Under the pieces are notes generated by a model that saw only the letters and a list, made by a program, of their open reading frames with translations, was not told where the DNA came from and ran no database searches. A stretch of DNA of 64,000 nucleotides from contig JBNGIO010006370.1 of the NCBI GenBank assembly GCA_049999805.1, positions 249,212 through 313,211 of the forward strand, read 5' to 3'. This stretch comes from Folioceros fuciformis (Eukaryota). Below, in pieces: positions 27,070 to 39,196 of the stretch; position 1 is the first letter of the stretch; each line of letters begins with the position of its first letter. The translations under genes and the position numbers were made by a program.

Positions 27070-27370
27070 CCCTGGAGTCCTGGTTAGCGACTGAACTTCT
27101 TGATGAATCTGGTGAACGGCCTTTGCCGATGCTTGGCTAGTTCTGTTGCGGAGTTAAAATTCAAGCTTAGTTTGAAGTTTAGGCTGATGACTTCACTTGG
27201 TTTGGGTTTGTCTTTAATGATGGCAGAGTCCCAAATTGAGTTCAATTCAAACATCTCCAACCCCAAGAATGGATGCACAATTTCTGTCCCACACTACTGG
27301 GGAAATTTGGGTACAACATTGGAGCGCTGTGTCACCAAATTGCGTCCTTCGAACAACACCGCCTTTCACT

Positions 27371-29321
27371 TCACAGTAAAGCACGCCCCTGTTTGGCTTT
27401 TAGTTGCTGATCAACCCACGTCTCAATCATAACCCGGGATGACTGCGGCTGGTCGTGTGGAACCTGCGGTCACGAAGAACAAGGCGAAAGGACTGTCAAA
27501 CTAGGGACACTTCCATGATCAGTACCCTAAATACCTGACAGCGCACAGAAGTCTACAATGAGTACGTTGAGTGGAGCGCCTTTATACCTGATGGCCGGCC
27601 CCTCTGAAGACAACATGTGTAAGGTTCTGGCTTTGTCTCCAATAACCAGCATGTGTACCATTCACCCTCCAAATTTCTCTTGTTTGTGACCAGAACCGTT
27701 CACCATGCTGCCAATTAAGCATCCTCATCCATGCTTCGGACCCATATGGGCCATCCTTGGCATCATACTGTCCCTGAAATAGCAGAACCGGATACCCTGC
27801 TTCCAAAATGTCTTCCACTAACTGTTTCGTAGATTTCATGGTATCCTGGAAAAGAAGACGTCTGGAGTGTTAGTATTCACCCGTCGAAATATACAGCCCA
27901 GAGAACTGGCATGATGAAAGGAAGACTAACCTCAGCCATCAAGCTACGAATGGATTGTTTGCAGCTGACCCACGTTACTCCTGGATCAGCTTTCAAGAGG
28001 GTCTTCACATGGGCTTCATTTAGAAACTTAGCCAAGTACTCGCTGCCATCCTGTGATAAGGACAACAACAGCAAGCAGTTATTCAACAAAACTTCACCCC
28101 CGATATGACAACTGGGAAGAACAGAATATCGTTGTATATCGAACTTACCGTCAAGTGATGGTATTTTGTTAGCCGACGGACATCCAGCAGTGTTGCTATC
28201 CCACTTGTTTCCTCTATCCACTGAACGAGTGCGGTTCTGGCTTCATGGGCTTTCAGCCACTCTCCCCTGGAAAAGGTAAAAACAGGCACGTAATCAACAC
28301 GAGGTTATGTGCGGGTCCCCCACATTCGCGCAAGAGTGAAGAGCTACGGGAAGATTTATCTACCTGTCAATTAGGGCTACAACTTCTTCAGCCATATTTT
28401 GGCATTGTGCTTTTTGTGGCTGATCAAGTAGACCGAAACAGTAAGCAACGTCTGAATGGGATTGCACCTGCAATCCGAGTCATTTACATGAACACTTCCA
28501 CTAGGGTGACAAAAGAAGAAACGAAGACGGCCATTCAGAGGGCCACTTAGTAGAAGAGAGGACATCACAATCACCTGACTCCGTGGATGGGTCAACCCAT
28601 TTCCCACCGCTATTCCCATAAGTTGGGTCCCAACATTGTGCCGATTGTGAGGCTGTGGATGGTTTATCAGATAATGAGCAAGAGACGGAACATACTTCCC
28701 GGCGTAGCTTTCTCCGGCCAAGAAAAGGGGTCTCAGCTCAAATGAGGGATTTTCAGCGATGAAAGACGACAGCGCATGGTGGAGATGGGCTGCTACAGTA
28801 TGCTGATCCTTTGGGACATCATCATCAGAAGATGCAATGCTGAAACCTGTCCCAACAGGACTATCGACAAATAGCACTCCATACCTGCAACGCGTGCAAA
28901 TGTGATGGAGCAGTCAGTAACAAACCACTTGGCCAGCATATCAACTATGAAGTCGTAGAGGGATGGCCAGGCAAACACAAAAAATCACTCTCGACAGGCA
29001 GACACACCTATTATTCCAGGCCCATTCATTGTGGTGCAAACTTCCGGTTCTACTAAACCGCCACGGCCCAAGTTCATAGAAGCAACCAATAAGGCTTGAA
29101 CACCCAGGGCCTCCATTAAGCCAGAGTAAGAGAGGGGCATCCACAAGAGAGGTCCGGGGATCTGTTGCTTCATAGAAAACGTAGAAAAGTTGGGACCTGC
29201 TGGAGTCGCTAACAGGAAGGTAACCTGAAATTGTTGGCACAGCCTCCAAAGGAAAAGTTACCGTTACTGCCTTGGCCGCTTCTTGCACTGGAACGGCTTG
29301 ACAAATCTGTGTTATCAACAC
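27371..29321 (-). CDS. Serine carboxypeptidase-like protein (SCPL50-like), multi-exon; N-terminus uncertain
   Basis: WLNGGPGCSS, FVDSPVGTGFS, GESYAGKYVP (Ser), GNGLTHP, GQYDAKDG (Asp), GAGHQVPHDQP (His). The start codon is unresolved and is probably in an upstream exon. Confidence 0.88.
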
Positions 29322-31059
29322 ACTGTGTCAGAGATGGGATCAATGATCGAAACGACTCACCTCCTACTGCTCCATGGTGAACATGACTCTTCAAAATTCA
29401 GTAGACAGCTGTGAAGAGCAAATTGTTGTGGGTGAATTTAACAAGCTTAGACTAGATGGCCAGTGAGACGACAAGTGGTTCAGATTCCTAGCATGAAGTA
29501 CTGTGTGCACGGACACCAGTCAGCGGCTATGCCCCTGTGCTTTTGCAGAACAACCTCAGAGTGCTCGAGAGCTCCTTCTGTCCCATCTGTCATTCTTGAT
29601 CAAGGCTCATGGGTCTGACCCCGGTTCTGCTGTAAGTTCTCTGAATAAAGATGGAGTCATTGTGAGCAAACAACTTCAATGCCCTCCCAGAACTTCATAA
29701 TGAGCTCGACGATGGATCTATTACCCAAAAACTATCGTTGTGACCACAAACAAGTGACAAGGACTCCGACATTATAGAAGCTTAACTCTGAACCTGACAA
29801 TTTGAAGGCAGAAGAACACGTACAAAGCGGGAGGAGCCTTGCCGTCTCGCGTGTGCTGCTGTCCCCCAGATATGTTCTTCAAATGAGTTTCTACGACGGC
29901 CCACTTTGCATATGTTTCCTGTATGTTTCGTGACAAAAGGTATCCCTACTTCAGTGGCAGCTGGAATAACATAAGTCCTGCACCGAGGGAGCTGAGCCCG
30001 AGAAATTCCCCTCAGCTCCATTGCTTGGTACGAAAGAGCCAGCCACCAAGAAACCGAATCAAATACCAAGGCCTACCTACCTCACCAGTTGCTAAGGAAA
30101 CATAATTTCAGACATGCACGCACGAAAAATCCCTCTCTGACCGAATCAGGACAACAATTAGCGTCTACCACCGGAATCGCAGGCGACGACTCGACCGTCA
30201 GTACACCACAGTCCCTGAGCTACCACCCCGCATCTCTCACCACAAAAAAATTCCGAGGAATCACTTAAAACAGACAGGCCACAGAGACAATCAGTACTGC
30301 ACTCTTTCAACTTTCGAATGACTTATGAGGTGAGGATGTGGGATCAGAGCGGAAACCACACCGTGGAGCACAGACATTTAATGACTGAGAACACATGGAA
30401 ACCAAAAACCTAGCCCGGTAGCGTAATGCCTGTCCGAGCATTCCACCACACCGCTCCTGCAACAGTAACTGTCCGTAACCAAGTTCTTGGCAAAAAGGCA
30501 GGCCGACAGAACAGGCGGCATCCAATTCCCTGCACCTCCGACAAATCCTGAGCTTGTCCAAGATACTTGCAGGGGCAAGAGCTGAGAATCGTGAGCTACA
30601 CCCTCCCTCCTCTGTCGGAGGAGCAAGGAACATTCACCTAACACGATCGAGCTGCTTGCGCGTTCCAGCAGTGGACAGCAAGAGCCGCACACGTGAAGCG
30701 TCGCCAGCGGTCGTCACAATCGAGCCGCGAGCCTCCTTGGCTCACATTGCTCCTGCTGACATTGTAGAGCGTCGCCAGGGAGGAGACAACCGACGCGACG
30801 GTCTCGTGTCCGGCTGACACACGACTCGTCGAATAGTCCCAGGTACTAAAATAATTCCGTTTTTCAACCTTGTTTGAATTCTGCCCCCTCCGAAAGCACG
30901 GGGCATACAATCGAGCGGGGAGGGAGAAAAAAGAAACAAAACAAAACAGAGGACAAAACGACACTGCAGCTGGTTCAACGAAACTAGACAAGCCCCGTGG
31001 CCCTGGACACAGGAGCCGGATCCTTTCTACGACTGTCTGGTTGTGGGTAGAGGTCACAC

Positions 31060-32040
31060 GTCGTCAATTCACGAGAAAGAAATGCACAGGCTCATGAACA
31101 TGAACATGGAGAAGACCTCGCACTGTCATCTCACGTTTCTCTACCCGAGACATCATCCTGCTTCCACCGTGACAGTCAAAACACATTCAAAGATTCCTTC
31201 AGTGGCGATCCAAGGTGTGCCATCTGGAATGTCCAGCAGCCCAGATCGCAAAGCATCGTTTGTGGGACCATGGCGCCTCCATCCTTTACAACTGTAAATT
31301 CACACTCTTCAGTCCCAGAGACGAAATCACTTGCAGGCTTATTCCCTGGATCGAAAAGTTGCTTGGTCCGCTACAATTCACCAACGCTCGGACACATGCT
31401 CTCAAACGGGACGAGAAAGTGAACTTCGTGGCGGCAATGGCGCCCTCATCTTGCATGCCGTCATGAAGAACAAGAGCTTCCTGACCAAGTCAATGTTGGG
31501 TGTACCCAGAGATCATTGCAATCCACATCACCACATCCCTCCCTCGTGGGCAAAGCTATCAAAAGCAAGGGGAGCATCAACGGGCTTCCCCATTTCGAAT
31601 ACACACGCTGCCACACAGTTGGAGAAGAAAGCATGCGGCTTCCTCCCAATATTCCCTGGCACATGCTAACTTGTGGAACATCTGCATCGCCGCCTGCGAC
31701 CTCGCATGAGAGGAATGAAGTGGTTGGCCAGAAGTGTGCTGGACTCATGTCCTCATTCAGGAGACATCGCATGGACGTGCCAGCCGGACCACCACATTAT
31801 TCCTTGCGGTGTACCACCTGGACCTGTCAACGTCCTTGCAAAAGAGAGATGCTGGAACAAACAACACCCGGTGCACCAGGAGGTCCAATGCATCAACTGC
31901 CTCCATCAGATGCACCCTGCTCACAGAGCTTGGTACAGCTCCCGCGCTCTAGAGGAGCCTCACACCATGCCAACCTGCGAGATTTGAGGCCATGGTCATT
32001 GAAACCTCACCCACCATGGTGTCAGGCACCTTCATCATCA
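31060..32040 (-). pseudogene. Internally deleted pseudogene copy of the neighbouring PPR-DYW gene
   Basis: Colinear DNA similarity to 34230-36100 (e.g. gcagttgatgcattggacctc, gcaatgatctctgggtacaccca, gactgtcac.gtggaa). Frameshifts, stops and at least two large deletions. A DYW remnant reads DCHGGSRMMSRVEKRE. Confidence 0.85.
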
Positions 32041-33127
32041 GCACCACATGTAGAAAGCGGATGGGAAAGTGGGACACCTTGCAGAATCCTGAAATCCCAG
32101 TAGAAAATCATCCCTACAAAATGCACCAGAAATGACGCGTCGTGGAGGATATTTCCCAAGAACACACAACAAACCCAGTACTCCATGATAAGCATCAACT
32201 AAGCAAAGCTCAGAGAACCTTGCATCATCGATGCACTAAACTCCGTAAACAATTTGCAATGTTTTCTAAACTTTGAATTGACTCCGTTTAGTTGACCGTC
32301 AAGACTGTCCAGCTCATGCAATGAGCTGCCATCAGTGGATGCCTTCCATACCATACCTGCAGAGTCCCTCCTGGACCAGGATATCAATCTCCACCCAAGC
32401 CACCAAAGACACCACCCAAAACAGACGAGTGAAGTGGCAAAGCTGTGTCGGACTCACTCACCCCTGCACACTTATCAGAGCCTCCACCTCTGGACCAGAA
32501 AAAGATATTACGCACTCCCATACAACGCATACAGCACACAATCTGGTTCAAGATCGGTGCACCGGAAGGCGGTGTGCTGATAACCTTCACACACCAGAAA
32601 TGGGTTGCTTGTCAAGAGTTACACGGCTAAAAGCAGAAATAACTTGGTCTGGCCGGGGCAGTTAATATTTACACCTTGTGCTTGACCTAGTTGTGAGGCC
32701 CTGGCACACACTGGCGTGAAGCTGTTACCTCGAAGTCCCCACACGTCCTCAGACGACCTGGCCAGCAATCAAGGTTCATGCAAATGCGGAACCTGGCACA
32801 TGTACATTCGTGTCACCACAATCATGAAGCGGACATGCAACCAAAGGGGAGGTTCTTCTGATGAGGGCTAGAATGCATCTGCCTAGGTGTGTCGCAGGCT
32901 TCTGATGACCGAGCAACACAACCTGAAGGCCACTGCAAACGCAAAGCACGTCATCAGACTATGAGCAACCACGTTAAGCAGACATAGGCATGGGGCTGAA
33001 GCAGAAACCATTCAGTTACTTCCACAGGCCGTTACTTTCTTCCCAGAATCAGGGTATCTTGTCCAACACAACTCACAACATGATAACGACGACAAAGACA
33101 AAGGCAATCATCTGCCCCCGTTATAAG

Positions 33128-33193
33128 TTACAGGCCCTTTCCTCTCATCTTACAGGTCCTTTTCCTCTCATCTTACAGGTCCTTTCCTCTCAT
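33128..33193. repeat. Three-copy 22-23 bp tandem repeat
   Basis: ttacagg(c/t)ccttt(t)cctctcatc occurs three times. Confidence 0.85.
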
Positions 33194-34229
33194 GTTTGGG
33201 CTGGACAAGAAAAGCTTCTGAGGTAGCCACATAATTGCCCGACTCTTACGCCCGACCCTTCCCACTGTTCTTTCCTTCGATTACATGGAATTACTTTCAT
33301 CTCCGTTTTGTGATAGATTCTTCATTTGCCATGATCGATTATCAGCTGGATATCTCCTTTCAAACCCAAAACGGCCAAGCATCAACACACAGAAGCAGCC
33401 AGACAGCGGGACCAAGACGGCGGGCCCTCTTTGGACCAGATGTCGGAGAGTCCCACGGAGCTTCCAGCTTATTCCAACTTATTCTCTCTCTTCATTGGCC
33501 TTCACCATAAACCCTAAGCCCTAAACTTTCTTTGTCTTTTTTAAAAGTCATGTCCCACATTGTATAGCTGCCCAATCAATCGTCTTCCCCTTTACAATGT
33601 TGGCTACAAACTCAGCCAAGCATGTATTTAAAAAGATGCTTCGTCGTTTTGCATAAAACATAAGTATCCTCCTCATGGTGATCTGGACATGAGAGTTGAG
33701 GTTGCTAAGTTTCCAACCACTATGGGCTCTAGCAATGTCCGTTGCGCACAAACTTCCCTTCTTGTACAACAAAATCTTAATGCAATCCTCTACTCATACC
33801 CAAAAGCAATCCCAACATTCTAGTCAAGGTGACGGAGAGATCTGAGGCGAGGTGATGAACACCTCGCCTCAGTCTCTCATAGAGATCTTTAACTTTTCGT
33901 AGCACTGAAATGATGCCACTCCTTCCTTGCTTGAAAACTCACAGCCCCAGTCGGCTACACATGGCCTTACCAAGTGTTGGTCGAAAGACCAGATTTGCAC
34001 TTCGGACAGAGTGCGAGAACATTGCAGAGCGGGTTCTTAAAGCTCTGTAGTGAGTGCTAGTTAAAGCACTTTATAGTACAACTACGAGCCTAGGATTACC
34101 AAAACTGTCGACCATATACCGATTGATGCTGGTCCTTGTCTTTACTACACCTTCCACATTTGCAAAGTTACTTGCAAGCTCAACAGCGTTTTGAAGGTCC
34201 AGGGAAGGGCCAGGGAAGTAAGAGCAAGT

Positions 34230-36146
34230 CTAGTGGCCATCGCCACAGGAACAGCATCCTTCTACAAAACGATGAACACGGTGGGCATCTCGCACTATGA
34301 TCTCACGCTTCTCCACACGAGACATGATCTTGGTTCCACTGTGACAGTCATCACACATTCGAAGATTCTTCGTCACCAGAAGAGGTGTGCCATCAGCAGT
34401 GTTGAGCAGTCCAAATGCCAAAGCAAGCTTCTCGGCATGTCCACACAGGGCATCTTCCTTCTCCTGCTCGGGCACAGGCCTGAGCACGAGGTCTGTATGT
34501 GGGACATGGCCCCCCTCCTCTTTCAGCTGCAGATTTGCACTCTTCAGTCTGGAGGAGAGGTCCTCCCTCTCCTCGCCCACCACGAATGCATGGACCTTGC
34601 TTCCCACCTCGATCCAGGCCCTAGCAGGCTTCTTGCAGGCACCTGTGAGCTTTCTCAGGTTCTCAATGCTGTCCACGTCCTGCCACCTGCCAGCATCAGC
34701 ATAGATGTTCGACATGAGGACGTAAGCACCTGCGTACTGAGGTTCCAGTAGGATGAGGCGGTCGAAGCACCGTCTGCCACGAGCCACGTCCCCGTGGCTT
34801 CTGCACGCAGTTAGCAAGGATGTCCAACCTGCTACGGTCGTTTCGAATGGGACACCCAGCAGCAGCTTTTCGGCCTCGTCCAGGTGGCCTGCCCGTGCAA
34901 GAACATCCACCAGGCAGTTGTAGTGACAGGCGGCAGGAGTGATGCCATGGTCTTCCACCATCATCCGGAAATACTGCTGACCCTGTGTCACCAGCCCCTG
35001 GTGACTGCACGCCACCAGCAGACAGATGAATGTCGCATCGTCAGGCCCCACCCCATGCTGTTGCATTTCGCTGAAACACTTGACTGCCATTTGGCCTGCG
35101 TTGTGTTGGCCGTAGCCATTCAGCAAAGCATTCCATGTAACCACATCCTTTCTGGGCAGTCTGTCGAACACTCTTCGAGCATCGTCCAGGCTTCCGCACT
35201 TGGAGTACATGTCCACCAGGCTGTTGCCCACCACCACATCCCCTTCCAGGCCCCTTTCCTGGATTTGGAAATGAAGCTGCTTCCCCTGCTGCAATGCACC
35301 AACGCTCGCACATGCTTTCAGAAGGCACGAGTAAGTGAAATTCGTGGGGGCGGTGACACCCTGATCTTGCATGCTGGCATAAAGAGCAAGGGCTTCCTGT
35401 CCAAGTCCATGCTGGGTGTACCCAGAGATCATTGCATTCCATGTCACCACATCTCTCGAGGACAAGCTATCAAACACGCGCCGAGCATCCACTAAGCTGC
35501 CACATTTTGCATACATGTCCACCAGACAGTTGGAGACGAAAACATTCGCCTCTGTCCCGTTCCCTAGAACATCAGCGTGAACGAGCTTGCCAGCCGCCAG
35601 ATCCGCAGCACCTACACATGCCTTCAGGACTGCCGAGAATACATGGTTGTCCGGCTTCAAGCTCGTCGTCTGCATCATCAGATGATACAGCTCTATGGCT
35701 CGACCAGGCTGCCCATGCTCTGCATGGGCCAAGATGACAAAGGACCATGTGAAAGTGTTCGGTGCCGCCAGCTTGTGAAACACCTCCATCGCCTCCTGCA
35801 ACCTCCCATGAGACGAATACATGCGGATGAAGTGGTTGGCCAAAAATGTGTTGGACTCATGTCCACATTTAAGAGACAGTGCATGTACGTGCCTGCCGGA
35901 TACCAGATCCTTCCTTGCAATGCACCCCTTGACCACATGGTAGAAGAGAGATGCAGGAACGAACGACACCCGTTGCACCAAGAGGTCCAATGCATCAACT
36001 GCCACCCTCGGATGCCCCTGCTCGAAGAGCTTGGTCCAGCTTTCGAGCTCCAGAGGTGCCTCACACCATGCCACCCTGCAAGATTTGAGGACGTGATCAT
36101 CGAAAGGAAAGAAATGTAACCTCACACACTTAAGCAGCCACACCAT
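34230..36146 (-). CDS. PLS-class PPR protein with a variant DYW domain (KP type: KKPA, HAEK, terminal DGH)
   Basis: Uninterrupted ORF with PLS repeats (LVDMYAKCGSL, DVVTWNAMISGY) and an E domain, then KKPARAWIEV, HAEKLALAFGL, KNLRMCDDCH and CSCGDGH*. First ATG is at 36146; upstream exons are possible. Confidence 0.93.
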   Translation of the reverse strand: MVWLLKCVRLHFFPFDDHVLKSCRVAWCEAPLELESWTKLFEQGHPRVAVDALDLLVQRVSFVPASLFYHVVKGCIARKDLVSGRHVHALSLKCGHESNTFLANHFIRMYSSHGRLQEAMEVFHKLAAPNTFTWSFVILAHAEHGQPGRAIELYHLMMQTTSLKPDNHVFSAVLKACVGAADLAAGKLVHADVLGNGTEANVFVSNCLVDMYAKCGSLVDARRVFDSLSSRDVVTWNAMISGYTQHGLGQEALALYASMQDQGVTAPTNFTYSCLLKACASVGALQQGKQLHFQIQERGLEGDVVVGNSLVDMYSKCGSLDDARRVFDRLPRKDVVTWNALLNGYGQHNAGQMAVKCFSEMQQHGVGPDDATFICLLVACSHQGLVTQGQQYFRMMVEDHGITPAACHYNCLVDVLARAGHLDEAEKLLLGVPFETTVAGWTSLLTACRSHGDVARGRRCFDRLILLEPQYAGAYVLMSNIYADAGRWQDVDSIENLRKLTGACKKPARAWIEVGSKVHAFVVGEEREDLSSRLKSANLQLKEEGGHVPHTDLVLRPVPEQEKEDALCGHAEKLALAFGLLNTADGTPLLVTKNLRMCDDCHSGTKIMSRVEKREIIVRDAHRVHRFVEGCCSCGDGH

Positions 36147-36774
36147 GCTGCCAGCCACGTTGACCCATCACCAAAACATGCAGAAAGCAGATGGGAAAGT
36201 CTTTCACCTTTCAGACACCTCAGAGCCAACAAATCCAGCTTGGTCGGACAAAATCTTTGCTGATCGAACCTCCTCCACCCACGCAGGTTGGGAATCCACC
36301 CACAAGGCCTCTCTGGTTGCGCTGTGCACGAAGTCAGGATACCTGCGGCTGCTCTGCAAGGGTGGCAACAAATCAGGCCCACTGCTGCCAAGCCCATCTC
36401 TTCCACCAGATGGCACGGCAAGCTCTACGTACCTTATTCAACCTGGTGTCCCACCACAACGCAGGGTTGGACACGAATTTCCTCCACAGCGCGTCCCGCT
36501 GACTCGGATACACTGCAAAGCAGCGTCCTCCCCATCAGATTACGAGACAAGAAAAACGACTGCAAAGAACGAAGCACTCAGCACAAGGTAGCACACTCAC
36601 CGCCTATTGTGCGTTGCTCGGCCACCGGAGCCCGCAGCGATGAGAAATATCTGGGTCTGCGGGGAAGCAGCCTTGACACGATCTTCCGGCCTCCGCCACG
36701 CTTGATCATTGTTCTGGTCTCCTGCATGCAGGAATTCCAGCCCCGACACCACCGCCTGGCATTCTGCTTCAAGT

Positions 36775-38133
36775 ATGCTGCAGACTCCGATTCCCAGCAG
36801 CCCAAAAGCCGGTGGCGCTGGGCTCCGGATGGAGGAGGTGAGCAAGGCTTTTGGCGACAGAATCGTAGTGGATCGTGTCTCTATTGCGGTGAAGCAAGGT
36901 GAAGTGGTAAGTGAAGCCCGCTGTCACGATTCCTCACGGTCCCGTTGCCCGTTGCATTACCAGTTCCCTTGCCATGGCCATACGCTTCGATTGCTAGCAG
37001 CTCGACTAGCAGCCGACTGGAATTGTGTGTATCAGGTAGGGCTCGTAGGCCCGAATGGAGCTGGCAAGAGCACTACCTTCAACCTGCTGGTGGGCAACGA
37101 GCGACCCACCAGGGGTAGAGTGTTCTGGGAGGCTCAGGACATCACGGAGCTCTCTTTGCAGCGACGAGCCAAGCTGGGAATAGGGTACATGCCACAGGTA
37201 TGGCATGCCATCCCCACCAGCAGGTTTGCTATGCGCCCATCATCTCTGCCGGTAAAGATGACCCAGATGAAGACGAACCTGTGCTGTGTTCCCACAGGAA
37301 TGCAGCGTGTTCAAGGGGCTCTCGGTCCGTGACAACATCCTGCTCATTCTGCAAGAAACCGGTGTGCCTCCAGACGAGCATGAGCAACGGCTGCAGGTGA
37401 GTTGCCTTGTCGTGTGTGTCAGCTATCACACCACCCCCTGTGGGTTTGCTCGACATGATGATGTATATTCTGCTCATGGGCCTGGCCTCTAACAGGATTT
37501 GTTGGCAGAATGCTGCCTCCAGCACGTTCACAAGACCCATGGAAGAAGCCTATCTGGAGGAGAACGTCGTAGGGCAGTAAGTTGCAGGTACTCTTTCACC
37601 CACTGCCACCGAGCTATCCTGATGCCCATGCTGACCACCGGTACCCTCACCGCCACAACTGTGCAGGAGCTAGCTCGGGTGTTGGCATCCAACTGTGCAG
37701 GAGGCCCCCCCAAGATACTCCTGCTGGACGAGCCATTTGCTGGGGTAACCATTGTCATCTGAAGAGCCTGCAGCATCGTGGCCCTGCTTTCTGCCCAACT
37801 TCTCACTCATGCTTGCAGGTTGATCCCATCGGTGTCAGCGAGATGCAGCAGCAACTACAGCGGCTCCGTGATGTCAAGGGAATGGGGATTCTCATCACCG
37901 ACCACAATGTAGGCCAGCTCCTGGTTTTGTTGTTTTTCTCCGGCTGGACGGCGGTTGTGCTCCTTGTGAGCCCACTCTCATGTGTTGTACAGGTGACTGA
38001 GACGTTGAGAATCTGCAATCGTGCCTACATGGTGCACCAAGGCCAGGTTATGGCATCTGGGGAACCACATGTGCTGTACGAGAACACCGACGTCAAGAAG
38101 TTTTACTTGGGTGACAGGTCCAACCCAACGTGA
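36775..38133 (+). CDS. lptB: LptB/YhbG-like ABC ATPase (LPS-export type) with six spliceosomal introns
   Basis: Exons ..36906, 37036-37197, 37298-37396, 37496-37576, 37667-37744, 37819-37908 and 37993-38133 join in frame. Product has GPNGAGKSTTF, LGIGYMPQECSVFKGLSVRDN, LSGGERRRAELAR, LLLDEPFAGVDPI, GMGILITDHNVTETL and VKKFYLG. The start may lie further upstream (36145). Confidence 0.88.
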
Positions 38134-39196
38134 CTAGTTCACCCACAGGCTAGGAGAGCTTTTTTTCTAAGAGACCTCAAATTCTAACAACGTTTTTGAG
38201 AACCAAGAGACCTGTAACAAAGCTATGTGTACTACGTGCACACTTGGAAGTCCAGCGTCATGTTCGATGCGTAATGAGCTGGGCTTGTGCTGCTTGCGTG
38301 CCTATGCATCACTGAGCATGTGATTAAGAGGCATAAGTAATGACCATCTCCTCACACTTCAATCATGGTAAGACATGCTCACAAGGAAAGACCAGCCATC
38401 ATACACCAGACATGGAACTACACATCTAAGTACCCATGTACTTGAATAGCTCAAGACTATCGCTTCCAAGTACCTCCTTCTCTTTCATATGAGTCTTAAA
38501 AGAACTCGAATTGGAGCTTCCTCACAATGACCAACTACTAACAAGAGAGATGAAGATGAAAGTGCTACTACCCATCTCTACACCTTACTAAACCCCCCCC
38601 TCACAATCCTCTCCTCCCAAGCTTTCAACACAAGGCCCTTGTCTTTCAAGAAGGACTTCCACAACACAAGAAGAGGATTATTAGCAGTTGAGAATCATTC
38701 TCCTTTCCTCTCTTAATTAATTAATCCCCACCCTAGTTAGCCTCTCTTTGAAGGACAAGCATAGACCAACCCTTTTAGATCAGACCCACACACACCTTGG
38801 TTGGCTATCTATGAAGGTCTCAAAGTCAATAAACAATTAGCTCTTTAGGACAACTACAAAATAGGTCTTTACCACTTACATTTATCCTAAGGACTTACAT
38901 CTATACTAGTTCTCAATACAAGGCAAAAGTTCCTTAGATTAGATTTCAACACAGAAAAACTTCCTTACACTAGCTTTTAAAAGCCTAAGGCCAAGGCTGG
39001 ATCCAATTATCCCACTTTGCATTCCCTAGCCTCTTTGGTTACCACATTGCACGCAAATGAAATATGAAGATCTATGTGTCTCTAACGATTCCCTTCCCTC
39101 CTTTTTGTATAAACACTCAAACCCAACCCTAAGCAAGTTTTACTAACTTTACTTTGACTACGTATAGAGTATCTTTTGTTTTCAATCATTAACTTT

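Noticed and set aside
29500-31050. Short ORFs upstream of the SCPL gene
   Set aside because: No family motifs or consistent exon chain; they may be 5'UTR exons.
34191-36119. Plus-strand ORFs of 100-200 aa over the PPR gene
   Set aside because: Antisense shadows of repetitive PPR coding sequence; the same pattern recurs over the other PPR genes.
36775-38133. LptB as bacterial contamination
   Set aside because: It carries six GT-AG introns of host-typical size.
38320-38900. Possible solo LTR ending CTTACA
   Set aside because: No matching other terminus or target-site duplication could be found by eye.
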